This document shows, one piece after another, positions 23,985 through 36,023 of a stretch of DNA of 64,000 nt; position 1 is the stretch's first letter, and each line of letters opens with the position of its first letter. The notes below the pieces were generated by a model that saw nothing but the letters and a program-made list of their open reading frames with translations, ran no database searches and was not told where the DNA came from. The position numbers and the translations under genes are program-made. The stretch is taken from NCBI GenBank assembly GCA_964016885.1, contig OZ024752.1, forward strand, positions 33,790,001 to 33,854,000, read 5' to 3'. Source of the stretch: Eledone cirrhosa. Taxonomy: Eukaryota.

Positions 23985-23990
<6 letters not shown>
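22948..23990. repeat. Fold-back element with five tandem 182-bp palindromic units, each carrying a U3-A8 hammerhead motif on both strands
   Basis: Outer inverted repeats near 22948-23010 and 23920-23990; unit markers at 23023, 23205, 23387, 23569 and 23755; motif cctt TTGAAAA gcag-aagaa-ctgc GAAA CCGG TA aagg (e.g. 23141-23178). Confidence 0.8.
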
Positions 23991-24026
<36 letters not shown>

Positions 24027-24028
<2 letters not shown>

Positions 24029-24208
24029 CGAAGGAAATGTGGTAAGGAACCAGGTGGACCATAACGCACCAAAGTACTCAATACTTGGGGTAGTAGAGTG
24101 GGTAATAGGAACCAGTAAGACCCCGACAGCTGAGCTCAAGCCGTTTCGACGGCTAATTAGCCGTCGAAACGGCTTGAGCTCAGCTGTCGGGGTCTTACTG
24201 GTTCCTAT
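24027..24208. repeat. (TA)n-flanked element ending in a perfect ~100-bp palindrome; relatives at 2417-2580, 16530-16641 and fragments at 18104-18143, 29695-29800
   Basis: Shared ggtggaccataacgcac..agtactc..gtagagtgggtaatagg followed by a hairpin of variable length. Palindrome 24106-24209 is centred on ctaattag. Confidence 0.8.
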
Positions 24209-24679
24209 ATATATATATGTACACACACACGCGCACACACACACTATCTTTAATTTTTCCACTTGAGATCTAAAGTTGTTAAGCTAAGTACAGGGCTCCT
24301 AAACCTTACATTTCTGAATTCTTTTATAAACAAGAGTTTTTTCTTAAAAAAAAAAAATACTTTGTAAGCTTTAATAGAAAGTATCTTGATCAACATTAAT
24401 AAACATACATGAAGAAATCTACCTTTATGTTTTCATATCACTTTGCTAACTATTTACAAAACCCTAAATACACATCTTTTTGATACTCTATGTCTGTTGT
24501 ATGAAGTGTATCTAGTATAGATGTGTTGCCTTAGTAACACTGAAGACAGTTTATAGAAACTAGCAAACCTAAAATCTCTTCTTAACTGACATGTTTGTAA
24601 ACACCTTTCACCCGACTCACTGCCAAAATGTCTAACTGCGACTATTACATTCAGTTGCTTGCTAATGAAATATCACTCA

Positions 24680-25444
24680 CTCACACACACATACATGTTC
24701 ATGTACATACACACAAACACATACATGTTCATGTACATACACACAAACACATACATGTTCATGTACATACACACAAACACATACATGTTCATGTACATAC
24801 ACACAAACACATACATGTTCATGTACATACACACAAACACATACATACATACATACATACATACAAATACATATACATACACACACATACATACACACAA
24901 ACACATACATACAAATACATATACATACACACAAATGCATATACACATACAAATACATATACATACACACACATACATGTACATACACACAAACACATAC
25001 ATACAAATACATATACATATACACAAACATACAAATACATACAAAAACATACATACACCAACATACATGTACATACACACACATACATGTACATACACAC
25101 AAACATATATACATACATATACACAAACGCATACATACATACATACAAATACATACACACACACATACATGTACATACACACAAACACATACATACATAC
25201 GCACACATACATACATACAAATACATATACACAAACGTATACATACATACAAAAACATACACACACATACATGTACATACACACAAACATACATACATAT
25301 ACATACACACACATACATACAAATACATATACACAAACGCATACATACAAATACATACACACACAAACCCATGTACATGTACACAAACACATACATACAA
25401 ATACATATACACACATACATATACACATACATACAAACACATAG

Positions 25445-25481
<37 letters not shown>

Positions 25482-25505
25482 AACAAGCACACACACATAC
25501 ACACT
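24680..25505. repeat. Five copies of a 30-bp repeat followed by a degenerate CA/TA microsatellite
   Basis: acacatacatgttcatgtacatacacacaa units, then ACAT-rich low complexity. Confidence 0.9.
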
Positions 25506-26206
25506 CACTATACAAATTTGAAGAGGAGTTAAGAAAGCAAAGAGTTCTTGCTTATAACGCAATAATTTAAGTGCTTAAAAGTACGAAGCAAATTTTGGTA
25601 CTTAGCTATAAAAACTGAGACAAGACAAGCGAAGAGGGAGTAGTTATAAAAGAGAGAAGAGGAAAAGAAGAAGAAGAAGAAGAAGAAGAAGAAGAAGAAG
25701 AAGAAGAAGAACAAAAGAATACTGAGGTCTAAGTGTTGAACACTTGGTTTTTAGTGTTTGTTCAATTTGATAGAAAATAATTGTTTCTACTTTAGGCACA
25801 AGGCCAGCAATTATCCAGTGCATTACTGGTACTTTATTTTATCATCGACCCCGTAAGGATGAAAGGCAAAGTCAACCTCGGCGGGATTTGAACTCAGATC
25901 GTAAAGGGACGTAACTATGCTGTAATAATTGTTTCTACTTTAGGCACAAGGCCAGCAATTATACCAGTGCATTACTGGTACTTTATTTTATCGACCCCGT
26001 AAGGATGAAAGGCAAAGTAAACCTCGGCGGGATTTGAACTCAGACCGTAAAAAGGGACGTAACTATGCTGGAAAGTATGGCGTCCGACTCTCTACCGATA
26101 CTGCCAATCCACCGCCCTTTGATAGAAAATAATAAGAATTTGGAAGGATTAAAGGTGTTGGTGTTTTTTTAAATATAGCAATCTCTATGCTGATCTGGCA
26201 CCACAA

Positions 26207-28380
26207 TAACAAAAGCACCCAGTCCACATTGTAAGGTGGTGATGCTGGTGACATGACCAAAAGCACCCAGTCCACACTGTTAAGAGGGCCTGCTGGTGAC
26301 ACGACAAAAAGCACCCAGTCCACACTGTAAGGTGGTGATGCTGGTGACATGACCAAAAGCACCCAGTCCACACTGTAAGGCGGTCGTGCTGGTGACACAA
26401 CAAAAAGCACCCAGTCCACATTGTAAGGTGGTGATGCTGGTGACATGACCAAAAGCACCCAGTCCACACTGTAAGGTGGTGATGCTGGTGACATGACCAA
26501 AAGCACCCAGTCCACACTGTTAAGAGGGCCTGCTGGTGACACGACAAAAAGCACCCAGTCCACACTGTAAGGTGGTCATGCTGGTGACACAACAAAAAGC
26601 ACCCAGTCCACAATGTAAGGTGGTCATGCTGGTGACATGACCAAAAGCACCCAGTCCACATTGTAAGGTGGTTGTGTTGGTGACACGACCAAAAGTACCC
26701 AGTCCACACTGTAAGGTGGTGATGCTGGTGACATGACAAAAAGCACCCAGTCCACACTGTAAGGTGGTGATGCTGGTGACATAACCAAAGCACCCAGTCG
26801 ACACTGTAAGGTGGTTGTGCTGGTGACATGACCAAAAGCACCCAGCCCACACTGTAAGGCGGTCGTGCTGGTGACACAACAAAAAAGCACCCAGTCCACA
26901 TTGTAAGGTGGTGATGCTGGTGACATGACCAAAAGCACCCAGTCCACACTGTAAGGTGGTGATGCTGGTGACATGACCAAAAGCACCCAGTCCACACTGT
27001 TAAGAGGGCCTGCTGGTGACACGACAAAAAGCACCCAGTCCACACTGTAAGGTGGTCATGCTGGTGACACAACAAAAAGCACCCAGTCCACAATGTAAGG
27101 TGGTCATGCTGGTGACATGCCAAAAGCACCCAGTCCACATTGTAAGGTGGTTGTGTTGGTGACACGACCAAAAGTACCCAGTCCACACTGTAAGGTGGTG
27201 ATGCTGGTGACATGACAAAAAGCACCCAGTCCACACTGTAAGGTGGTGATGCTGGTGACATAACCAAAAAACACCCAGTCCACACTGTAAGGTGGTTATG
27301 CTGGTGACACAACAAAAAGCACCCAGTCCACAATGAAAGGTGGTCGTGCTGGTGACACAACAAAAAAGCACCCAGTCCACATTGTAAGGTAGTCATGCTG
27401 GTTACATGACCAAAAGCACCCAGTCCACACTGTAAGGTGGTCGTGCTGGTGACACAACAAAAAGCACCCAGTCCACACTGTAAGGTGGGTCATGCTGGTG
27501 ACACAACAAAAAAACACCCAGTCCACACTGTAAGGTGGTTATGCTGGTGACACAACAAAAAGCACCCAGTCCACAATGAAAGATGGTCATGCTGGTGACA
27601 TGACCAAAAGCACCCAGTCCACATTGTAAGGTGGTTGTGCTGGTGACACGACCAAAAGTACCCAGTCCACAATGTAAGGTGGTCGTGCTGGTGACATTAC
27701 CAAAAGCACCCAGTCCACATTGTAAGGTGGTTATGCTGGTGACACGACAGAAAGCACCCAGTCCACACTGCAAGGTGTTGATGCTGGTGACATGACCAAA
27801 AGTACCCAGTCCACATGGTAAGGTGGTTGTGCTGGTGACACGACAAAAAGCACCCAGTCCACACTGCAAGGTGGTGATGCTGGTGACATGACAAAAAGCA
27901 CCCAGTCCACACTGTAAGGTGGTTGTGCTGGTGACACGACCAAAAGCACCCATTCCACACTAAGGTGGTGATGCTAGTGACATGACAAAAAGCACCCAGT
28001 CCACACTGTAAGGTGGATTGCTGGTGACAAGACCAAAAGCACCCAGTCCACACTGTAAGGTGGTCGTGCTGGTGACACAACAAAAAGCACCCAGTCCACA
28101 CTGTAAGGTGGTCATGCTGGTGACCTCACCAAAAGCACCCAATCCACACTGTAAGGTGGTCGTGCTGGTGACAACAAAAAGCACCCAGTCCACAATGTAA
28201 GGTGGTCGTGCTGGTGACATGACAAAAAGCACCTAGTTCACACTATAAGGTGGTTGTGCTGGTGACAGAAAAAAAGCAACCAGTCCACACTGTAAAGTGG
28301 TCATGTTGGCGACACAAAAAGAAGCACCCAGTCCACAATGTAAGGTGGTCGCATTGGTGACATGACAAAAAGCACACTGT
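26207..28380. repeat. 48-bp minisatellite (~45 units) related to RTE 3' UTR repeats
   Basis: Unit aaaagcacccagtccacactgtaaggtggtgatgctggtgacatgacc; the variant taagagggcc recurs at 26281, 26521 and 27001. Confidence 0.95.
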
Positions 28381-28709
28381 CTCCGATAAAATAAAGTACC
28401 AGTAATGCACGGGAATAATTGCTGGCCTTGTGCCAAATGTAGAAACAATTATTAAGCTGGTGTTTGGAATGTAAAGATTCCTACATAAAATTATGATGGA
28501 AGGGTTTTAGATAAATATAAATACTTTAACCCTTTTGTTACCACATTTCTCATGAAAGACACTGCTGCCTATGATTTTTAAATAACTTTGAAAATAATCA
28601 AGAATTTGAAGGGATTTAGCTATACAATTTTCTCATTATTTAACTGTTGTTTGGAACATAACTTAACAAAAGCTCTTATACACAAAATTCTGATGGAATG
28701 TTTTTAGAT

Positions 28710-29205
28710 AGATTTGCAGGGCGATAAAAATAGACGGTAGCCACGGAGTAGGCAGACCCAGAAAAACTTGGGACGACTTGATAAATTCCGACCACACACA
28801 CTTACACCTCTCCAAGACAATGTCACTGGACCGAGATCTTTGGCGCTACGCAGTAATACAGAAGACCCGCCTTGCCTAAGTACAAAGCAAAACCTACTAC
28901 AGTCAGTAGGCACCTCTTAACAAAAATACACCCTGTCCCACTAACCCCACCCCATCCACACCACCCCTTTCGATGTAAAGTTATGTTGGTACCACAACAT
29001 CCCGGCCGAAATAAATGAGGTCGTGTAGGTGTCACAACAAAAATACACACAGTCCACTGTAATGTGGCCGTGTAGGTAACACGGTAAAAACCCGCCAGAC
29101 AGTCCTATACGAGCAAGACAACCAACCTTGCCTCAAGGGGGACAATTCCCGTCCAAACCCATGCTAGCATGGAAGATGGACGTTAAACGATAATGATGAT
29201 GATAT
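28710..29205 (+). mobile_element. RTE LINE 3' fragment (same subfamily as 18838-19975)
   Basis: Aligns by eye to 19346-19975 and ends in ggacgttaaacga(tga)n. Confidence 0.8.
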
Positions 29206-29796
29206 ACACTTTTAAGTGTATATCATCATAGTTTTGTATCAGAGAACAAGAGGCAGCTTTAGCTGGTTTGGTATTAATAGAACTGAGGGTGTTGGATTGG
29301 CAGTGTCGGTAGAGCATCAGACACCATGCTTTGTGGCATATAGTTATGGCCCTGTATTTTCTGAGTTCAAATCCCGTTGAGATTAGCTTAGCCTTTCATC
29401 CTTACGGGGTTAATAAAATAAAGTACCAGTAATGTACTGGGACGATTAATGGAACTAAGATTAAGAGAGTTTAGTTTCTTCTCCAGAACAGTTTGATTGA
29501 CTATTTGACTCAATTTTACAATTTACTGATTTCAGTTATTTGACTGCAGCCATACTAGGGCACAGTCATAGCGACTCTACTACTTATTTTATCAATCTCT
29601 AGTTGTCCAACTGCTAAGCTATGGGATATAATGAGAACATAAACACAGGCATGGACATACACACACACATATATATATATATATATGTATATATGAAAAA
29701 TTCGAGACCCCAACGGCTGAGCTCCTGCTGTTTCAACAGCTAGATCTGAATGCCAAGTATTGAGTACTCGGGTGAGTAATAGTCTATCACTTCCAT

Positions 29797-29831
<35 letters not shown>

Positions 29832-31815
29832 CACAGTCTATGCTGTAATGTGGTCATGTAAGTAACACTGTAGATGTGGTTGGTGTTAGGAAGGGCATCC
29901 AGCCATAAAAAAACCTGTCAGATAGTCCTCTACGAGCGAGACACGGTCACCCGACCAATCTTGCCTCAAATGGGACATTTCCTGTCTAACCCATGCCACC
30001 GTGGAAGATAGACGTTAAACGATGATGATGATATACACCCATGCTAGCGTGGAAATTGGACATTAAACGATGACGATGATGAAAGCTTTCATAACAATTT
30101 CTAGCTACCAAGTTTCACTCAGAAGGCATTGGTCAACAAAAGGCTCTAACCAGAAAGCATAGCGGGATTTGAACTCAGAGAGCTGGAACAAATACCACTA
30201 AGCATTCTATCTGATGTTCTAACAACTCTGCCAATTCACCACCTGAACAAGAAGTAGCACAAACTAAACCTCCAAGATAGTACCATGGTGATAATGTCAG
30301 AATGTAGGCTATTATGACTAAAATTATGATAGAAGACACCAGAGCAACAAATATGTATCTGAGAGGCAAGAACTTATATTTATAATCTAAATAAACACAA
30401 ACTATACTTCCAACTAACATAATATGGTAAATTGTTAGAAGCAGGAGAGCATCAGATAAAATGTCTTGTGATGTTTATTCCAGCTCCTTTGCATTCCGAG
30501 GTTAACTTTGCCTTTCAAAGTTCCGAGGTTAACATTGTCTTTCAGGATCTTCACCCTATTTTTATAGTAACTTCGACCATGAGTACATCATTCTTTCTAA
30601 AGTCTGTCTGGAGCCTGGAGGCTCATCAGGCTGCTGTTTATCCCGGTTTCTGTGGGATGAAGTGACTGAGAGTACAAGACTGCCTCCTGGATAGGATGCT
30701 AGTCCATCACAGTGTTAATCCCCCTCTGCCCCAGCTCCCAGCTATTATTGCTGGTACTCATTTTCAGCTGAGCATACCTTGGACATGATCCTCTATAGCT
30801 AGCTACACCATTGTTAATGGGATAAGTTAGACGAAAGACTTGCTCAATACCACTGAAACTTTCACAAATGGAAGACATTGCTACTAGTATTACTACTTTG
30901 TCAGTCTCATTGTTAAGGAGGGGGTGGTGTCGAAGATTTGAACGAGACACTAAGCACCACCGGGAGGAAATAAAACAAAAAAGAGGCATACTCTGTTACA
31001 TGTTCTAGTTGACTGGCTGTGGCCATGCTGGTGCAAGCAGATTAATACTTAGTCTTACTAACCAAATATTTACATCTCTCATTTATAACTCATCACCACC
31101 ACCACTACCACCAGCAACATCATCACCACCACCATCATCATCACTATCACCAACATCCCCACCATCACCACAAGCATCACTAACATCATCACCACCATCA
31201 TCATCATCATCATCAACAACAGTAACACATCACCACCACCATTGTTTTCCATGCCAGCTGGATTGTCATGGTTTAAGACTAGATAGGTTGCTCATATGTT
31301 CCATATGTTGACATCGTTTCTACCTTTTGATGACCTTCCTCATGTTAACCACTATACAGAGTGTACTGGGTGCATTTTATTGTGGTGTCAGCATGTGTAC
31401 ACACATTGTATAAACACACAGACACATACATTATCAATAATAAAAATAATAATTGTTTCTACTTTTGGCACAAGGCCATCAATTACCCCAGTGCATCACT
31501 GGTACTTTATTTTATTGACCCCGTAATGATGAAAGCAAAGTTAACCTCGGCGGGATTTGAACTCAGAACGTAAAGGGCCACAGCTCCGTACTGAAAAATA
31601 TGGTGTCTGACGCTCTACCAATACTAATAATACTCTACTGATACTAATAATAACCACTTTTACAGAGTGTACTGGGTGCGTTTTATTGTGGAGCCAGCAT
31701 GTGTGCACATATTGTATAAACACACAGACAGACACACACATTATCAATAATAATAATAATAAAAGTGAAATCCTGCCCAAGTGTATGAGTAGACAGTAAT
31801 ATGTGTGCAACTTAC

Positions 31816-32038
31816 CTACACAGGAACAGCATTCTGCATAGAGGCGCGATAGACAGATCTGACAGTCATTGCAACAGGTGCAGTTCTTTTTGTCTGTCAT
31901 ATCGCATTCACAACACTTGATTAGCTGACATTTACTTACTCGACTTGCACAGATGGCATCATTGCAGGCTGCTGCAAACATAACAAGATAAAGCGCAGCT
32001 GCAATTCCCAGCAACAGGCGCTCGAGTAATCTATCCAT
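31816..32038 (-). CDS. tsg: Twisted gastrulation homologue, coding exon 1 (signal peptide and N-terminal Cys-rich BMP-binding domain)
   Basis: Translation MDRLLERLLLGIAAALYLVMFAAA-CNDAICASRVSKCQLIKCCEC...CTCCNDCQICL...CCSCV matches the TSG N-terminal Cys pattern. Donor G|GTAAG at 31816/31815 (phase 1). A poly-T plus CAG acceptor at 32057 puts the exon start at 32056. Confidence 0.93.
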
Positions 32039-32196
32039 GTTTTTTAATTTATTTGGCTGTAAAAAAAAAAAAAAAAAAAAGCAAAATTAATAAAATTAAT
32101 TTATAAAATTACATAAATACAAACCTTTTAACCCTTTAGAATTTACATTACTCTATATATACTATTGTATTTTTGTGCTAAAGACTTTATCTTACA

Positions 32197-33153
32197 CTAG
32201 CAGAAAAACCAGCCTTCGAGTAGTTTTCTGCTAGCATGCAGAGTGCGCATATTGATATTATATGCAAATATATATGCATGTAGATATGATACGTCAAATG
32301 AAATCGTAATTGACAATATGTGCAGAAATTGAAGAGTGACCGTGTTACACTCTCTTCTGTAATCATCATCATCATCAGTAAAGTAATCCATGATACATTT
32401 AAACAAAAGACGATATTATATATATACTGCATATATGATAAACTAAAATGTTATGAAAATGAAAAAGTAGAAAATTAGCGACCTAAATATAAACCTTATA
32501 TCTTCATCATTTCATTTTATGTCCGCTTTTTCCCTGCTTGCAAGGGTGGGACGGGAACTGATTCTGGCTTGATTTCTACAGCTGGATGCCCTTCCTAACA
32601 CCAACCTCATTTACAGTGAGTGCTGGGTGCTTTTTTTGCCGTGGCACCTCCACGACCACTTTGCAGTGGGATGATATGGACCCCAGTCCCTATCATCTCA
32701 TTTCTACAGCTGAGTAAACTGGAGCAATGTGAAATAAAGTGTCTTGCTCAAGGAAACAACACATCACTCGGTCTGAGAATTGAACTCACAACCTTTCAAT
32801 TGCAAGGCCAATGCTCTAACCACTAAGCCATGTGCCTATGAACGTTTATATAAGTGATGTAATAAGTGTTATAATATAACGGACACTAATTTTTTATATA
32901 AGAATAATGTTTAATCAAGAGATACAAAATTTAGTAGATAAATTACATAATATTCATTCATTATTTCAAATTCCGCCGATGTTGACTTTGCCTTTCATCC
33001 TTATGGGGGTCGATAAAATAAAGTACCAGTAATGCACTGCGTAATGCTGGCCTTGTGCCTAAAGTAGAAACAATTATTTATTCAAAGTAATCCAACTTAT
33101 TTTACTAACGGGATAAAAATTATAAAACACTCCTCCCTTTATTATATTATAGA
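32197..33153 (-). mobile_element. Probable non-autonomous Helitron inside a MITE, itself carrying two SINEs
   Basis: TC...CTAG termini on the minus strand, A|T target and terminal hairpin. The flanks rejoin to the MITE family 1 sequence. Confidence 0.6.
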
Positions 33154-33447
33154 TATTTATCTCCCATAATATTGAATCTATGAGATTTTCATGTTATTTA
33201 TTTTGAGAACAATACCTCAACATCAGCTGGCTGCAGCCAGTTTGAACAGAAAGAGGCGAGATAATTCTGGCCGGATATGGCCGGTTTAAATGCTAAATGG
33301 TTAAACAATTACAATCAGCTGATGGCAACTTATTTTACCATCTTTCAAAGTCTTCATCTTACAGAAGAATGTTTCAAGTTTTGTAAAATAGTTGATTTTT
33401 CAAAGCTACTTTATATAACTCAATTAATTTTGTAAATAATCAACAAT

Positions 33448-33686
33448 TTAACCCTTTCATGACCACATTTCTAATGAAATACACTCTATTTTAATTAATT
33501 AATGAAGAATTTTGAGGGATTTACTAAAATTATTAATCATTTCATTTCTAAGATAGTAACTTAATGTAAGGTTTTTATATAAAATTATGTTGAAAGATTT
33601 TATTTAAATTGGAAACTTTTAAAATGGGTGATTCTATTTCATAGAATCGGAGCCAGTTTTGGTCAGGTTTGTAACTAAAGGGTTAA
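33448..33686. mobile_element. piggyBac-type MITE family 2; degenerate copy from 28526
   Basis: ttaa-ccctttcatgac ... gtaactaaaggg-ttaa. The segment 28526-28700 aligns to its 5' half. Confidence 0.7.
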
Positions 33687-33822
33687 AAGAACTTAGGAAA
33701 ACAACTAACCATATTAATAAACTGGTATTTAGTACAGAGTTTAAAACTTTCATCTAAAACATTATTTTTTTTATTTAAATAAAAATAATTTAAAAGAAAA
33801 AGTTTGTACTCATAGAATTGAG

Positions 33823-34038
33823 ATTAACCCTTTAACATTTAAACTGGCTGTATCTGAAAAGAATTCTCTCACCTCTTTCTGTTCAAACCAGTTATAACCG
33901 GCCACTTATAATACTGATGTTAAGGTATTGTTCTCAAAATAAATAATATCAAAATCTCATAGATTCAATATTATGTGAGAGGCCTTTACCTTGAAAATAT
34001 AATAGTATATATAGAGTAATGTAAATGCTAAAGGGTTA
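33823..34038. mobile_element. piggyBac-type MITE family 1 (TTAA-CCCTTT...AAAGGG-TTAA). Other copies at 9416-9644, 10180-10319 (partial), 32128-33304 and 34211-36202 (both interrupted)
   Basis: TIRs ccctttaacattta / taaatgctaaaggg flanked by TTAA; shared internal ctgatgttaaggtattgttctcaaaataaat. Confidence 0.8.
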
Positions 34039-34242
34039 AGAGGTTTGGTATATGCTGCAATGTTTATACCTTAGTATGAAACAAAACTCCCCTGTTTTAA
34101 TACTATGACCCTGGAGGGGAATGAATGAAACAAAGAAAAAATATATACAAAATATTAAAGATGGGGTCAATACACAAATGACTCCTTACTACTCAAGACA
34201 AACATTTCCTTTAACCCTTTAGCATTTACATTCCTCTATATA

Positions 34243-36023
34243 ATCATCATCATCATCATCACCGTTTTACGTCCGTTCTTCCACGCTAGCATGGGTTAGA
34301 CGGGTTGTCCTGTTGTGGGCAGTGTCTGGTCGGCTGACCATGCCTTGCTCATACAGGAACTGATCTGGCTTGATTTCTACAGCTGGATGCCCTTCCTAAC
34401 ACCAACCTCATTTACAGTGAGTGCTGGGTGCTTTTTCGTGGCGCCTACACGTCCACTTTACAGTGTGGGCTGGGTGCTTTTTTGCCGTGGCACCTCCACG
34501 GCCACCTTGCGGTGGGGGGGGGGGGGCATATTGTTTATATGCTTCAGCATGTACCCATGGGAGGTCGGGTACCCTGTATTACTGCGTGACGCCAGAAGTC
34601 ACGGTCGTGTGTCATTGACTTTGAGAGGTGTAGTTGGGTAAGGTCGGCTTTTATCACCTCATCCCAAGTCATCTTGGGTCTCCCCACTCCGCGGTTTCCA
34701 TCAACTTCTAGTGCTCTGCACCTTTTTATGCAGCTGTCATCCTTCATACGCATCACATGTCCATACCAGCGTAACCGCCTCTCCTGCACGCAGGATTTGA
34801 TTCCTCTTATGCTCAGTCTCTCTCTCAATTCCTTTATGCTTTGTCGTTCACGTATATTACTGTTACACATCCATCGGAGCATGCAGGCTTCGTTTCTCTC
34901 TAATCTACGTAAGTCTTCCACCTTCAGCGCCCAGGTCTCACTACCATGCAACATCGCTGTTCGGATACACGCATCATACAGTCTGCCTTTCATTCTGAGG
35001 GAGAAGCCTTTTGCAGCTAGCAGTGGTAGTAGTTCCCTAAACTTCTTCCATCCCGTTCTTACCCTAGTTATTGTACTTTCTGAGCACCCACCTCCGCTGC
35101 TAATTCGGTCACCTAGGTAGCAGAAGCTGTCTACTGTTTCTACAGGGCCCTCCCAGAGATTGGTGGTACTTGTTTCCTGTGGCTGTTTGCTTGCTGTTTC
35201 AGCACAGCTGCTGCATGTGAATCCTACATTCTTAATTAAGCTTCCTGAGATCCCGCTACATCTCTTGTGTACCCATTGTTTGCATTTGGGGCAGAGAATG
35301 GAGTTCCTAAACTACACCTTTCCTACATACTGAGCAAGGCCATTTCCCTGAGGGGATCTGGGTTCTGTTTTCTCGTCTACTTACAAGGACCTTAGTCTTT
35401 GTCATGTTGACTTTGAGGCCCTTTCTCTCTAGTCCCTGCTTCCAGGTTTGGAATTTATTCTCTAGTTCTACCATAGATTCAGCTATGAGTGCGAGGTCAT
35501 CAGCATACAGGAGTTCCCATGGGCATCCGGTCTTAAACTCCTCCGTTATTGCCTGCAGGACTATGATGAACAGGAGAGGGCTAAGAACAGAGCCCTGGTG
35601 GACCCCAACCTGTACGCTAAATTCCTCGCTATACTCATTGCCAATCCTAACTTTGCTGACTGCTCCCCTATACATGGCTTGTACCGCTTTCACAAGCCAT
35701 TCATCTACTCCTAGTTTTCTAAGAGCCCACCAGATTACTGCACGTGGAACTCTGTCAAAGGCTTTCTCAAGGTCGACAAATGCCAAGTAGAGTGGCTTAC
35801 TTTTAGCTAGGTACTTTTCCTGTAATTGCCTCACAAGGAAGAGGGCATCAGTGGTGCCTTTCCCTGGTACAAACCCAAATTGCATCTCGTCTATATTCAC
35901 CCGGTCCCTAATCAGCTGTGCTATAACTCTTTCTGTTACTTTCATGACCTGGTCCATCAACTTTATACCTCTATAGTTTCCTCTATCTAGTGCATCGCCT
36001 TTACCTTTGTAGCAGTTGACAAT
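34243..36023 (-). mobile_element. 5'-truncated RTE-clade LINE (reverse transcriptase, frameshifted) with 3' UTR and (GAT)n tail
   Basis: RT motifs QFGFVPGKGTTDA, FVDLEKAFDRV, GVHQGSVLSP and LLYADD; RTE C-terminus RRLRWYGHVMRM and GRPKMTW; +1 frameshift near 35310; (GAT)n tail at 34243-34262. Confidence 0.93.

Noticed and set aside
26063-28448. Cys/His/Trp-rich repetitive ORFs up to 403 aa
   Set aside because: Translations of the LINE-derived 48-bp minisatellite.
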